Source of the DNA: Paraspadella gotoi
Taxonomy: Eukaryota; Animalia; Chaetognatha
Assembly: GCA_051294375.1 (NCBI GenBank)
Contig: JBJCIZ010000571.1
Coordinates: 1 to 22,290 of the forward strand
Length of the DNA stretch: 22,290 bases
Direction of reading: 5' to 3'
The notes beneath the pieces are model-generated. The model saw nothing but the letters and a program-made list of their open reading frames with translations. It was not told the DNA's origin and ran no database searches. Positions 10,470 through 21,694 of the stretch are shown here, piece by piece. The position numbers and the translations under genes are program-made. Numbering within the stretch: position 1 is the stretch's first letter; every line of letters begins with the position of its first letter.

Positions 10470-11201
10470 NNNNNNNNNNNNNNNNNNNNNNNNNNNNNNN
10501 NNNNNNNNNNNNNNNNNNNNNNNNNNNNNNNNNNNNNNNNNNNNNNNNNNNNNNNNNNNNNNNNNNNNNNNNNNNNNNNNNNNNNNNNNNNNNNNNNNNN
10601 NNNNNNNNNNNNNNNNNNNNNNNNNNNNNNNNNNNNNNNNNNNNNNNNNNNNNNNNNNNNNNNNNNNNNNNNNNNNNNNNNNNNNNNNNNNNNNNNNNNN
10701 NNNNNNNNNNNNNNNNNNNNNNNNNNNNNNNNNNNNNNNNNNNNNNNNNNNNNNNNNNNNNNNNNNNNNNNNNNNNNNNNNNNNNNNNNNNNNNNNNNNN
10801 NNNNNNNNNNNNNNNNNNNNNNNNNNNNNNNNNNNNNNNNNNNNNNNNNNNNNNNNNNNNNNNNNNNNNNNNNNNNNNNNNNNNNNNNNNNNNNNNNNNN
10901 NNNNNNNNNNNNNNNNNNNNNNNNNNNNNNNNNNNNNNNNNNNNNNNNNNNNNNNNNNNNNNNNNNNNNNNNNNNNNNNNNNNNNNNNNNNNNNNNNNNN
11001 NNNNNNNNNNNNNNNNNNNNNNNNNNNNNNNNNNNNNNNNNNNNNNNNNNNNNNNNNNNNNNNNNNNNNNNNNNNNNNNNNNNNNNNNNNNNNNNNNNNN
11101 NNNNNNNNNNNNNNNNNNNNNNNNNNNNNNNNNNNNNNNNNNNNNNNNNNNNNNNNNNNNNNNNNNNNNNNNNNNNNNNNNNNNNNNNNNNNNNNNNNNN
11201 N
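10470..11201. other. Assembly gap (N run) that may hide upstream exons of the minus-strand gene
   Basis: Ns. Confidence 0.98.
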
Positions 11202-11937
11202 TTCTTTTTCTTTCGCGTTGAGTTTCTCGAGAATTTTTATTTGCGCAATAAAACGTTCCGAGCTCTTTATTCTTTTCCTTTCTCCTTTCCGTTTTTATTC
11301 TCCTTTCTTTTCCTTTTTATTTTCTTTTCTTTGGTTTTCAGTTTTTTCTATCTTTCCTTTCTTTTCTTTATGCTTTTCTGTTTTTTTTTTCAAACTTTGC
11401 TCTGTTTTTTTGTTTTATCCTTTCTTTTTCCTTCCTGCTTTAATTTCTTTCTTTTATTTTTTCTTTTGTTCTTCATTTCTTGCTTTCCTTCTTTTTTTAC
11501 CTCTCTCAGTATTTCTTCTTTTCTTCTTTTCCTTTCTTTCTTTCTTTCTTTCTTTTCTTTTCATCTTTTTATTTTCTTTCTTTTATTTCTAATCTCTTTA
11601 TATTCTCCTTTTATTCTCTTCCCTCTCCTTCTTATTCCTTTTTATTCTGTGCCAAACTTTTTTTCCTTTTTTATTTTTATTGAGATCTTTTCCGCCTCTC
11701 ATACAATTTTCTTTCTTTCTTTTTTTCTTTCTTTTTTTCTTTTTTTTTCTCTTTAGCTCCCCCCCCCAAAAAAAAACCTTCATTCCTTTTTTTTTCCTTT
11801 TCTTTCTTTCTCCACTAAACTCGCATGGCTAATGAAAGTCAAATAAAAGCAAATCGTTCGAGAGAACCAGAGAAAAAAGACATTTACTTTTTCGGGGGCG
11901 AAAAAAGAGGGGAGAACAAGTAGAGGAAACAATGTAG

Positions 11938-11939
<2 letters not shown>

Positions 11940-11994
<55 letters not shown>
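11940..11994. repeat. (GA)n microsatellite
   Basis: Perfect run. Confidence 0.95.
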
Positions 11995-11995
<1 letters not shown>

Positions 11996-12614
11996 GAAGC
12001 CTCGCTTTCTCAATCTCTGCACGTTCTCGCGGAGCCACAGAATCGCGGTTCGCAATTCGTCAGGGATTGGAGTTTGAACTCGAGCCTCTCGCGATCGGCG
12101 ACTCGATAAGGATATTTTTTGTAGTTATTTAATTATATTTATCTTTAAATAATTTTGAAACTGCTTGAAAAAGAATTAGAAAAAAAATATATGACAGTAT
12201 TTTTTAAAAATATATTGTGAATTGATTTTAAAATTAGGCGTTGACCGACTGTGGCTTATGTCAGAGCAAAATAGCTTGTTTGACAAATGAATAAATATCT
12301 TTTACAGGTTGTACCAATTGAATATACAAAATTAATTAAAGAATAAAACTAAATGTGTAAAAGATTTTAAAAATCCGGTAAAAAAAATTTAGAGTAATTA
12401 AAAAAGTTTAAAGTGTATTAGTAAAGATTATACATGTATGCGTATATTTTCAATAAATAATTAATAATAAATAATTAATTTGAAATATTGAAATTGCCAC
12501 AGATAGAATAATGAAAGTGATGCGTTTTTAGCTTTTTTTGTTTTTCGACCTGAAAACGAAAAAAAAGGAATTCAAGGCGAAAACCGAAAATACCCAACGT
12601 CGAGGGAAAATAGA

Positions 12615-12795
12615 GAGAAAAGAAAAGGGAGGAAAGGGAGGAAAAAGAAAAGAAAAGGAAAGAGTGAAGAAAGGGAAAGGAGAAAAGAGATGAAAAAGGA
12701 AAAGGAAAGGGAGGAAAGGGAAGAAAAAGGAAAGAAAAGGAAAGAGTGAAGAAAGGGAAAGGAGAAAATAGATGAAAGAGGAAAAGAAAAGGGAG
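12615..12795. repeat. About 82-bp purine-rich tandem duplication (2 copies) within a polypurine tract
   Basis: AGAGTGAAGAAAGGGAAAGGAGAAAA recurs at 12661 and 12743 with matching flanks. Confidence 0.75.
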
Positions 12796-13264
12796 GAAAA
12801 AGGAAAGAGAAGATGAGAGAGAAGAAATAGGGAGAAGAGGAAAGGAAAAAGAAAAGAAATGAAAAAGGAAAAAAGGAGGAAAAAGGTAAGGAAAGGAAAG
12901 AAAAGGGAAGAGAAAGGAAAAGGAGCAAAATAGAAAGAAAAGAGGAAATGATTTTGCGTGAAAAAACAAAATGACAAACTTAAGCCTAAAATTCTTTTTT
13001 TTGGTTAAAAGTTTTGTTTCCTTTTTTGTGTTTAAAATTTGCTTTGGGTCGAGTAGAATATAACCAGATTCTTTTTAAATTCCTATTAATAATTATTGTA
13101 ATTAAACAAATCCCAGTAAACTTTCTCATTTACATTCATACAATGATGTCTTTCCGTTTCAACCTTCGCTAAGGGATTTACTGTTTTTCCTCCCCAACTT
13201 CGAGAGTTATTTATTTTGGTCACAGATTTATTTACGATTCATTTCCATATCAAAATAGCTCCTT

Positions 13265-13298
<34 letters not shown>

Positions 13299-15411
13299 NN
13301 NNNNNNNNNNNNNNNNNNNNNNNTATCTGCTACTGGTCCCCACAAAAAAAACGCTAAATTAAAGAAAAAAAAACAACAGAAAATAAATAAAATAAAAAAA
13401 AGAAAAAGACAAAAGAAAAAAAAAGACCCGAAACCCCGTTGGCTACTTTTTTAAAATTCCATTTTTTCTGTTATATACATCAGTTTATTTACTTCTTTAA
13501 TATTCGTACTTCGTTTTTTAAAAAAAAAAGTTAATAACCATAAAAAAATCTTTTTTTATGGGCAACAAGTCGTAAATAAAGCCTGCGAGAAATTTTCACG
13601 AAAAACAAAAAAAAACCGAACATTTTCCTTTTTTCTATTCCCAATTTTTTTTTCTTTTTTTTGGACTCAAAATTTTACACCTTTTTCTTTCAAATTTTTC
13701 TTATTTTCTATTTCCATTTGTCTCTTTCCCCCTTTCTCTTTCCTTTTTTCCTTCTTTCTTTTCTAATTATTTCCTCTCTTCTCCGTTCCTTTTATCCTTG
13801 TTGTTTTTTCCTTCTCTTCATTCTTTCCTCTCTCCTTTTTACTTTTCTATTTCCCCCCTCATTTAAAATTTTTTTCTCATATTTTTTCTTTATTTTCTAA
13901 TTTTTTCCTCTTTCTTTGTCCCTCACTTCCTATATCTTTTCCTTCTCTTTTCTTATTTCTTCACTCTTCCTTTTTTCCCCTTCTCTTTTTTACTTTTTTT
14001 ACTTTCCTTCTTTTTTCAATTTCTTTCCTTCTTTTTTGTCTTTCTTTTCTTTTTCTCCAACCAAACCTGAACAACTGGCCGTTTTAATTTTATTTCCTCA
14101 GTCGATTATCTGCCCAACAAAAAAAAAACTTTTCGTCTCCGTGAAACCGAGAAATTGGGGGGAAAATAGAAAGAGAAAAAAGAAGAAGAAAAAGACGAGA
14201 AGAGAAAAAGAAGAAAAAAGAAGGAAAAAAGAGGAAAGGAAGAGGCAGCAGGATAAAGAGGGAAGAGCGCACGAGGAAACGGGAAGTCGAGTTTGCGGAT
14301 AACCGGTTCCTTGTTTTGTCGAATCATTTCGTACTGTTGCGGTTTTGAGCCAAGGATTAGATTTCCCTTCTGCGGCATTCTGGTGACTCTTTGGCTTCAG
14401 CGTTTACGCAAACCTCATTTTGTCGATTAAAGTTTATTGAAGGACAAGATTCTGGCCTTTAACAGTTTAGTCCCGTGTGCTTAGAAATATTATTGTAGAG
14501 GCTTGTATATTAATTCAAAATTCAATTTCGATTGTCCTGTGTAATAATTATTAATAAGCTTTGTCGGGCTTTAAAAGACTTATGATGGCTTATTGAAAAA
14601 ATTTGTGAAAACAAAAGTTTTGTCAATGTTTTAAACGTGCGATGAAAATGTTGCCAAAGTTCCTAACTTTTTGAAAACAGCGTTTCCTGTCGAGTCATTA
14701 CTTTCAAATTTCCAAAACCATATTATTGCATAAAATTAAAGAAAAGATAATTGATTTGGTTACAATTTAATTAACTTAAAATACCCAAATTTTTGCTACA
14801 AAACTTCTAGAAAGGTGTCAGAAAGTCTCGTAAGTCACTCCGCTTTTTTTCATAACCCTTTGAACCCTTTTCTCGTTTTAAATAAAAAATTCCGTGAAAA
14901 TGACGAAATAAACCCCACAAAAAACGAATTCTTTCTCGAAGGTCCAAACTAGTTCTTATCGAACATTTACAACGATCTACGACGGATAGAAATCGGATTT
15001 CTTATGGCGAGTGACGTTCGACGTGTGACTCGTAAAGACGTGAGATATGGGAGTCTTGGCTATTTGAATCAGCTCTCAGAGGAATGAATTCAGTCCTTGA
15101 CGCGGAATCCCCCGGGTCGATCCAAGATTCCTCGGTTCAGTGCACTCTACGTGAACTCACTCGGCCGTGGATTGTGGTTTTCGTTGAAAAAAACTCATGT
15201 TAGGGAGCCCGAACTTTCCGAGCACTCACGCCGCCGTTTTAGGCCAATGCAGGAGTTTCACGAATCATTCTTGAGGAAAGCTTACTGTGTGTGAACGAGT
15301 GAAACGCAGTCTCTCTGTCGTCACAGTGTAATCTCACTCTAGCTCTGAACCTCCTGTCATGTGAGTACGTCCGCAAATCGTCGGACCCTCGATCAGATTT
15401 ATGTTTTGTGC

Positions 15412-15615
15412 CGACGACGACGCACGACGACGAACGACTACGACGACGACCGTACGGAAAATGACGAAACCTCATCCGATCCAATCTGGGTCTCTCCTGC
15501 TCAATTGGCCACAAACGAACAACGACGATGAAGACGACGACGACGATCGACGACGAAAGAAGAAGCCGGGGAGATTGAACAAAACGACGACGAGAAAGAC
15601 CGACCCCCGACGACG
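15412..15615. repeat. Dispersed (GAC)n trinucleotide repeats
   Basis: Several cgacgacga blocks. Confidence 0.75.
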
Positions 15616-15699
15616 AAAAAAAAGAGGGACGGTACTTTTTCTTTTCCGCCCAATTATAACTTCGGACGGTATCTTTTTCCGTCCCTCCCTTCCCCATCC

Positions 15700-15842
15700 T
15701 CCCTCCTCTCTAGTCCCTCTTTTAGACCTCTTTTCCTCCTCTTCTTCCCCCTCTTTTAGACCCCTTCTCCTCTCTTCCTCTTCCCCCTCTTCTAGACCCT
15801 CTCCCCTCTTCCCTCCTTCCCCCCTCTTCTTAGACTCCTCCG
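15700..15842. repeat. Degenerate pyrimidine-rich minisatellite (about 35-40 bp) anchored on TAGAC
   Basis: Four units of the form ttagacc...cttccccctct. Confidence 0.6.
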
Positions 15843-16479
15843 CTCTACCTCTTAATTGGATCCGCACTGTCCACTCCCTCCACAAAGCCTAATGCCTTCC
15901 GAAGGCCCGTCTTCCAATCGCCTGCACCCGCCACCCTCGTCTCCCGATAAATCCGGCTCTCTTTTTTCCAAACGCGCTCCTAAATTAACACCACCTAATC
16001 GTTTAATCTTATTTATTTATCAAATCTAAACCCTTAAATCACCGTAACTCTTAATCCTTAACCGAACCCCAACCCTAATCCTTAACCTTAACCTCCAACT
16101 TAATTATTAAATTTTTTTAACTTTATCCGAATTTAAAATGAAATGTGGCACTTGGTAAAATAAAGCCAAATCGGGCTAGGGTTCGGGCACTTCCCCCTCC
16201 TTTTTTCCTCACCCCACCTTTGCCCATCACCCCAAACCCCCAAAACCCCCACAAACCCCCCTGCCTCCCACCTTTCCCCGTCAAACCCTCAAGCAGCCCA
16301 ATTAAGCTCCTTGCCGTTTCCCCATTTCTTTTCCATTTGTCGACTTTTGCTCTCTCGTTCGATTGTTCGTTTCCTTCGTTCATTTTCGTTCGTTCGTTCG
16401 GATTCATTTTGTCCGTTTCTTGTTCGTTCGTTTTTTCGTTGCGGTTATATCTTCTTACGCGTCTCTTGGAAAGAAAGAG

Positions 16480-17260
16480 CAGAAGAGTGAGAGAGTAAGA
16501 CGAGAGAAAAACCTGAGAGAGAGATGAGAGAGAGAGAGAGAGAGAAAAGTGTGAGGGCAGAGAGACGAAAGGTAGGCAACGTGACCAAGCTAAGGAAGGG
16601 AGAGTTCGAGGTAAAAGTGGAGAGATAAGAGGAACAAAGAGGAAAAGGGTAGGAAGAAAAGAGGAAAAGGAGGCAAAGAGAAGTAGAAAAGGGGAGGAAG
16701 AGAAAGAGAAAAAGAAGGAAAGGAGGAAGAGGAAAACGAAGGAAGAGGAGGAGAAAAGGAAGGAAGGAGAAAGAGAAAAAGGGGAAGAGGAAAGAGAAAA
16801 GAAGAAAAAGGCGAAGAAGAGAAAAGGAGACAAGAGGAAAGGAAGAAAGAAAAGAGAAAAGGGAAAACAAAAAAAGAGAAAAGAAAGAAAAAGGAGAAGG
16901 GAAGAAAGAGGAAGAGGAAAAATGAGAAAAGGAAAACAAAAAAGACGAAACCAAAAGAAGGAAAATAATAAGAAACAATGAAGGAAGAAACAAAAAAAAC
17001 ATAAACAAAACAAAAGGAGAAAAGACAAAAGAAGAAAAGAAAAAGGAGGAGAGAAGAAAATAGAAATTTAAGTAGTCGAGAAAAATAAGTGACGTGAAAA
17101 ATTGGAACGAAAAATGAATGAGTGAAATCGAGATAATGTAAATAACCTGTCGAGAGAGAGCAGGAGAAGAGAAAGAAGAGAAGAGACGAGAGAAGACGAG
17201 GCAGATGAAGAGAGAGAGAAGGAAGAGAGAGAGGAGACGGAGAGAATGGCAGAAGATGTT
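16480..17260. repeat. Long polypurine (A/G) low-complexity tract
   Basis: About 780 bp strongly enriched in A/G on the + strand; source of the long F/S/L ORFs on the - strand. Confidence 0.85.
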
Positions 17261-17818
17261 TTGCTGAAGAAAACAAAAAACGCTTCTTCGAGTGGAAATA
17301 GTGTGGACGGAAGGAAAATGTAAGGGGAGACCAGCCTGACGGAAGCGGAAAGTGGAATTTAGTTGCGGAGTCAAAATAAAAATAAATGAGCAGAAAAAAC
17401 AAAACACGAGAGAGAAAGAGAAAGAGGGTTTGCGGAAAAAAGAATTTTGTTTTTTTTTTTCTTTGAAATAAAAAGACAATTTGACAATTAAGACAAAAGT
17501 AAGATGTAAACGATTAAACGACTGGAGTATTAGCAAGAAAAATTGCACTAATGGCCAACAAAAAAATAAAATTCAAGAACAATTAAGGATCATTTGCGGA
17601 CAAATTTGAAAATTTGGGAAAAAGTATAAAGTATATCAATGAAAAGTCATGAGTGAAATATTATCATTACACTAGGCCATTGCCATTTTTTTTTAGTCAT
17701 AGACAGAAACTTGGCAAATGGAAAAAAAAAAAGTACGCAAATAACTATCATTATGGTAACCTAACATTATATACCTAGGCCATTGCCTCTTTTTATGGGA
17801 ACAAAGAAGGTAAGAAAA

Positions 17819-17945
17819 ATCAATCATTGAACATTCTATCAATCAATGCAATCAATCGAGATCAATCAATCAATCACAGCAATCAATCAATCAATCAAAT
17901 CCATAATTAATCAATCAAATCAAATGTAAATAAATCAAAATCAAA
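17819..17945. repeat. Imperfect (ATCA)n tetranucleotide repeat
   Basis: aatcaatcaatc... Confidence 0.8.
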
Positions 17946-18044
17946 AGTCAATTTGCCCAAACGAAATAGTTACTTAAAAAACGTTTGTTAAACGAAAAGC
18001 CAATAAAGCCGCAAACATTTAAAGTGTGGTGTGCTCGAATTCAG

Positions 18045-18072
18045 GAAATGAGCGATTACGACGAATTATGTG
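18045..18072 (+). CDS. Candidate micro-exon (EMSDYDELC), with ATG at 18048
   Basis: gaattcag|GAA ATG AGC GAT TAC GAC GAA TTA TGT G|gtgggt. It ends in phase 1, matching the exon at 18418. Confidence 0.35.
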
Positions 18073-18417
18073 GTGGGTCCGTGCGTCCGTCTGTCTGTCT
18101 GCGATTATTCTATTTGTTGATGTTTCGAAATAAGTTTAAGATAATGCTTTCACAACAACGACATGTCGGTCCAAATAAAACTTGTCGTTGTTGTGAAAGC
18201 ACTTCTCTTAATTTCAAACATAACATAGAAAACACTATGATATATTTTATCCATGATACTTTATTCATAAGTGATGAACGTTCAGGTTAAGTTTTCGCCA
18301 ATGAAAATTTATCGCCTTTTCGGCAGCTGCGATTCTCAACAGAGTGAAGAATGAAAATTCCAGTCGGCTTCTTATATTTTGGAATGAAAGAAACGTTTTC
18401 TTTTGTTTGTTGTATAG

Positions 18418-18485
18418 ATCACAGCGGTGAAGGAATGTGGGATGCCCACCTGAATGAGCCGAAGACGGAGCTTGAAAATGATTAG
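18418..18485 (+). CDS. Candidate terminal coding exon ((D)HSGEGMWDAHLNEPKTELEND*)
   Basis: Strong acceptor gttttcttttgtttgttgtatag| (18417). The phase-1 frame is open across the whole GC-richer island to TAG at 18483-18485 and is followed directly by (GA)n, like the lectin terminal exon. Confidence 0.45.
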
Positions 18486-19994
18486 AGAGAAGAGAAGGAG
18501 AGAGAGATGATAGAGAGAGAGTATGAGAGGAGAGAGAGAGAGAAGACGAGGAGAGAGAGAAGGAGAGAGAAGAGAGGAGAGAGAGAGAGAGAAGATGATG
18601 TTGGAGAGTGAGAAAAGAGAAAAAAGGGTCGTTAAGATAAAAGAAGAAAAGAAAGTGAAAGAAAGAGAAAGAGAGAGAATTGAGCTCAGGGTCTTCACGC
18701 ACGAAAATAGGAGAGGAACTTTTGGAGGCTTGTAAAAGAGCTCAAAAGATGCGCGGCGTCCAGTAGATAAGAATTGAGAGAAGAAAACCAGGAAATGAGA
18801 GAGAGAGGAGAGAGAGAGAGAGAGAGAGAGAAGAGAGAGGAGAGAATGAGAGAGAAGAGATGAGAGAGAGTCAGGAAAGAAAGGGGTCAAGAGAATTAAA
18901 CGTTGTGAGTTGTTGTCCGACAGGAGTTGATGTGCGGACAATTGATTCATTAAAAAACCTAATCGATCTTACTTTTAATTACCGATGGTTTGCCTTCTTC
19001 TCTCTCTCTCTCTCTCTCGTGCTCTCCTCTCTCTCTCTTGCTCTCTCTCTCTCTCTCTCTCTCTCTGCTACTCTCTCTCTCTTCTATCTTTCGTTGCGTT
19101 GCTTTCATATCTTCGCAACTTCCGTCCTGTTTTTTTCTCTTCTTCCTCATATTCCTTCCTTTTCCTCCATTTTTCTTTTCCTTTGCCTATATTTTTTCTT
19201 TCTCGCACTCTCCATTTCCTCCGCTAAAGTCTTTTTTACCGCTTCCAGTCTCGCCCTTTTTTTAAAATTGTCTCTTTTTTTGTTCTTTTCTTTTTTTTTT
19301 TTTTTCTTTTTCTTTTCTTTCCAGTCACGTCGCGTTTTTTTCTCCATTTTCGTCTCTTTACCTCTATTCAGATCGCGCCGAGGACTTCCATCGCTCTTTG
19401 CCATTATATTTTCATTTCCGTTTTGTTCGTCATCTCAAGTTTTGCGGTTTTTAGTCTGTTTTTTAGTCAGTCTGTCCGTCTGACAAATGTTTACGCTTTG
19501 GCCCTTTTTTACTCGTACGTTTGACTCTTAATATCAAGCAAACGTTACGAGATTTTTTGACTTTTTATTGTGGAAAATATAAAATGTTTGAAATTTGTGG
19601 ACATTGTATTGCACATCAATTTCCTCGCGGATTCAGCTGAATTTGCTGAATCGTCACGCGACGTGGAAACTTGGAAGTGGTCGAAAGCAAGAAGGATACT
19701 TCACGACCCTTAAGTAAAAATATCTTTCCCTGGACATTACTTTATTTAAGAGTAAGATAATCTAAGAGAAAATAAAATTGAAGTTGCCGTCGTCCTAAAA
19801 TCAAGTATTTTTAAAAATGTCCAATGATTAATTCTGGTTTTTAATCAGATAGACTCCCCTACTGCATCTTTCCTCGCCTCTTCCTCTCTCTTTCCTTTTT
19901 CCTCCCCTATTCCTCCACCTGAGAAGGACTATTCGAGTTTTCTCGTCTTTTAAATATGATCCCTCTCCGCCGCTTCGAGATCACTGCCGAGATT

Positions 19995-20028
<34 letters not shown>

Positions 20029-20334
20029 TCTTCCTCGTCTGCTTCTCTCTCACGATCTCTCTCCCGTTCTCATTGTTATCTTTCTCCTTCCCATTACTTC
20101 ACCATTCGTTTTCTTGCGGTTTAATAAAGGAGAAGATGATAAAAAAGGTTAAAAAAAGTAGCATATAGTAAGGAGAGAGAGAGAAGAGAGATAGACGAGA
20201 GAGAGGAGAGAGATGAAAGAGAGAGAGGAGAGAGAGAGTTGCCTTATCTGTTCGCTTACGCTGACGTTTATTCCTCTCGATAGTGAACCGAAAGAACGGC
20301 AATGAGCTGGAAAAAGTATAGCTCAGGAAAAAAT

Positions 20335-20365
<31 letters not shown>

Positions 20366-20714
20366 CGAGAGAGAGAGGAGAGAGAGGAGAGAGAGAGAGA
20401 CAGAAGAGAAGAGAGAGAGAAAAGAGAGAGAAAAAACATAGGAAAGATACATACTCAATTTTTATTCAAGCGCAGACATTTTTTAATTTCTAGTTTTTCT
20501 TTCAATAAAAAACTACCACTTTTATCTCCTTAACTTTTTCTATGCTCTCTCTCTCTCTCTCCTCTCTCTCGACTTCTCTGCTCTCACTCTCTGCGTCTCT
20601 CTCCTCTCTCGTCTCTCTTCTCTCTCTTCTCTCTTCTCTCTCGCTCCGCTACCCAATCGTCAGCTCTGGCAAAGGATACTGGGAGATCAGGCAGCGGAAC
20701 GAGAAGATATTAAT

Positions 20715-21423
20715 GATTCAAAATGTGGGAGAATTGAGACATCGAAGGAAAAAAAACGGAGGACCACGAAGACAAAGGAAACAGAGGAAAAGACGACTAA
20801 GAGAGGAAAATAATGAAGAAACAGAAGACGAAAAGAGAGGAAACTGAGTATGAGACAAAGGACAGAGGGAGTAATACGAGAAAGAGCTAAACGGATAATC
20901 AAGAATTTATTCTCCCTAGAAAACCATTGTAACGAAAATTCGGGCGAAAGTCGGAAAAGCTTAATTAATGGCTTATCAACAAGTTGAAATTATAAACAAA
21001 AATATTAATAACAACGCGAACATAAAACAATAAATGACCATATTGCGAACAGAAAACTAACAATATCAAAAAAATAACAACAGCACATTCATAACAACAA
21101 TATTAGAATAACAGCGAGCAGAAAACGAATGTAACGCGCCTTGTCACCTTCATGATAACATCAATGCGATCATCATCATCATCATGCATCAATCATGCAT
21201 CATGGCATCATCATCCAATTCCATCAACAAGGCAAACAGATAACAACAGCAACTACTACATCCCGTTGTTCCTTCGCGTTTTATCGGGGCGAGAATTCCG
21301 CGCGGAAACGAAGAAAACTTATCCGTGCGAAGTGAGACTCATAGAAATTTATAAATGCGGCGGAGCCAGCGGCCGAGGCAGCGGCGACAGGCAGCGGCAG
21401 AGCAGCCGGCGGAGCAGCGCGGG
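20715..21423 (+). repeat. Left arm of a long inverted repeat
   Basis: 20715-21007 matches the reverse complement of 22016-22290, and about 21278-21423 matches the reverse complement of 21695-21804, with many small indels. Confidence 0.92.
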
Positions 21424-21694
21424 CGGGGACAGGGATCGTCAAATATTAAAGAGACGACTGCTTTATATAGTTTTGCCGTCCTTTTTTTGATATACGTAGT
21501 GAGAAAGTGGAAGAGATCGAAATGGTTGATTCTTGAGTACGAGTTGTTCTATGATATTAATGTTAATACGGTGGCAGGTGTGAAAGAGAGAGAGAGAGAG
21601 AAGAGAGACGGAGAGAGAGACGAGGAGAGACGAGAATGAGAGAGAGAGAAGAGGAGAGAGAAGAGAGAGACGAGAGAGAGAGAGAGAGAAGAGA

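Noticed and set aside
8315-11756. ORFs of 131-453 aa containing X runs
   Set aside because: They are open only because they cross N gaps.
12055-12110. tRNA or SINE-like B-box on the - strand (GAGTTCAAACTCC)
   Set aside because: No A-box at suitable spacing and no cloverleaf.
14281-14378. Minus-strand ORF start MPQKGNLILGSKPQQYEMIRQNKEPVIRKLDF
   Set aside because: No recognisable domain or clear donor, and it runs into a low-complexity tract.
17661-17790. Short direct repeat CTAGGCCATTGCC (two copies about 100 bp apart)
   Set aside because: A small local duplication with no element structure between the copies.
1386-20902. Many long F/S/L-rich or K/R/E-rich ORFs (e.g. 16445-17548, 16123-17028, 18860-19483, 7806-8213)
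   Set aside because: They are translations of GA/TC microsatellites and purine or pyrimidine tracts, which naturally lack stop codons.
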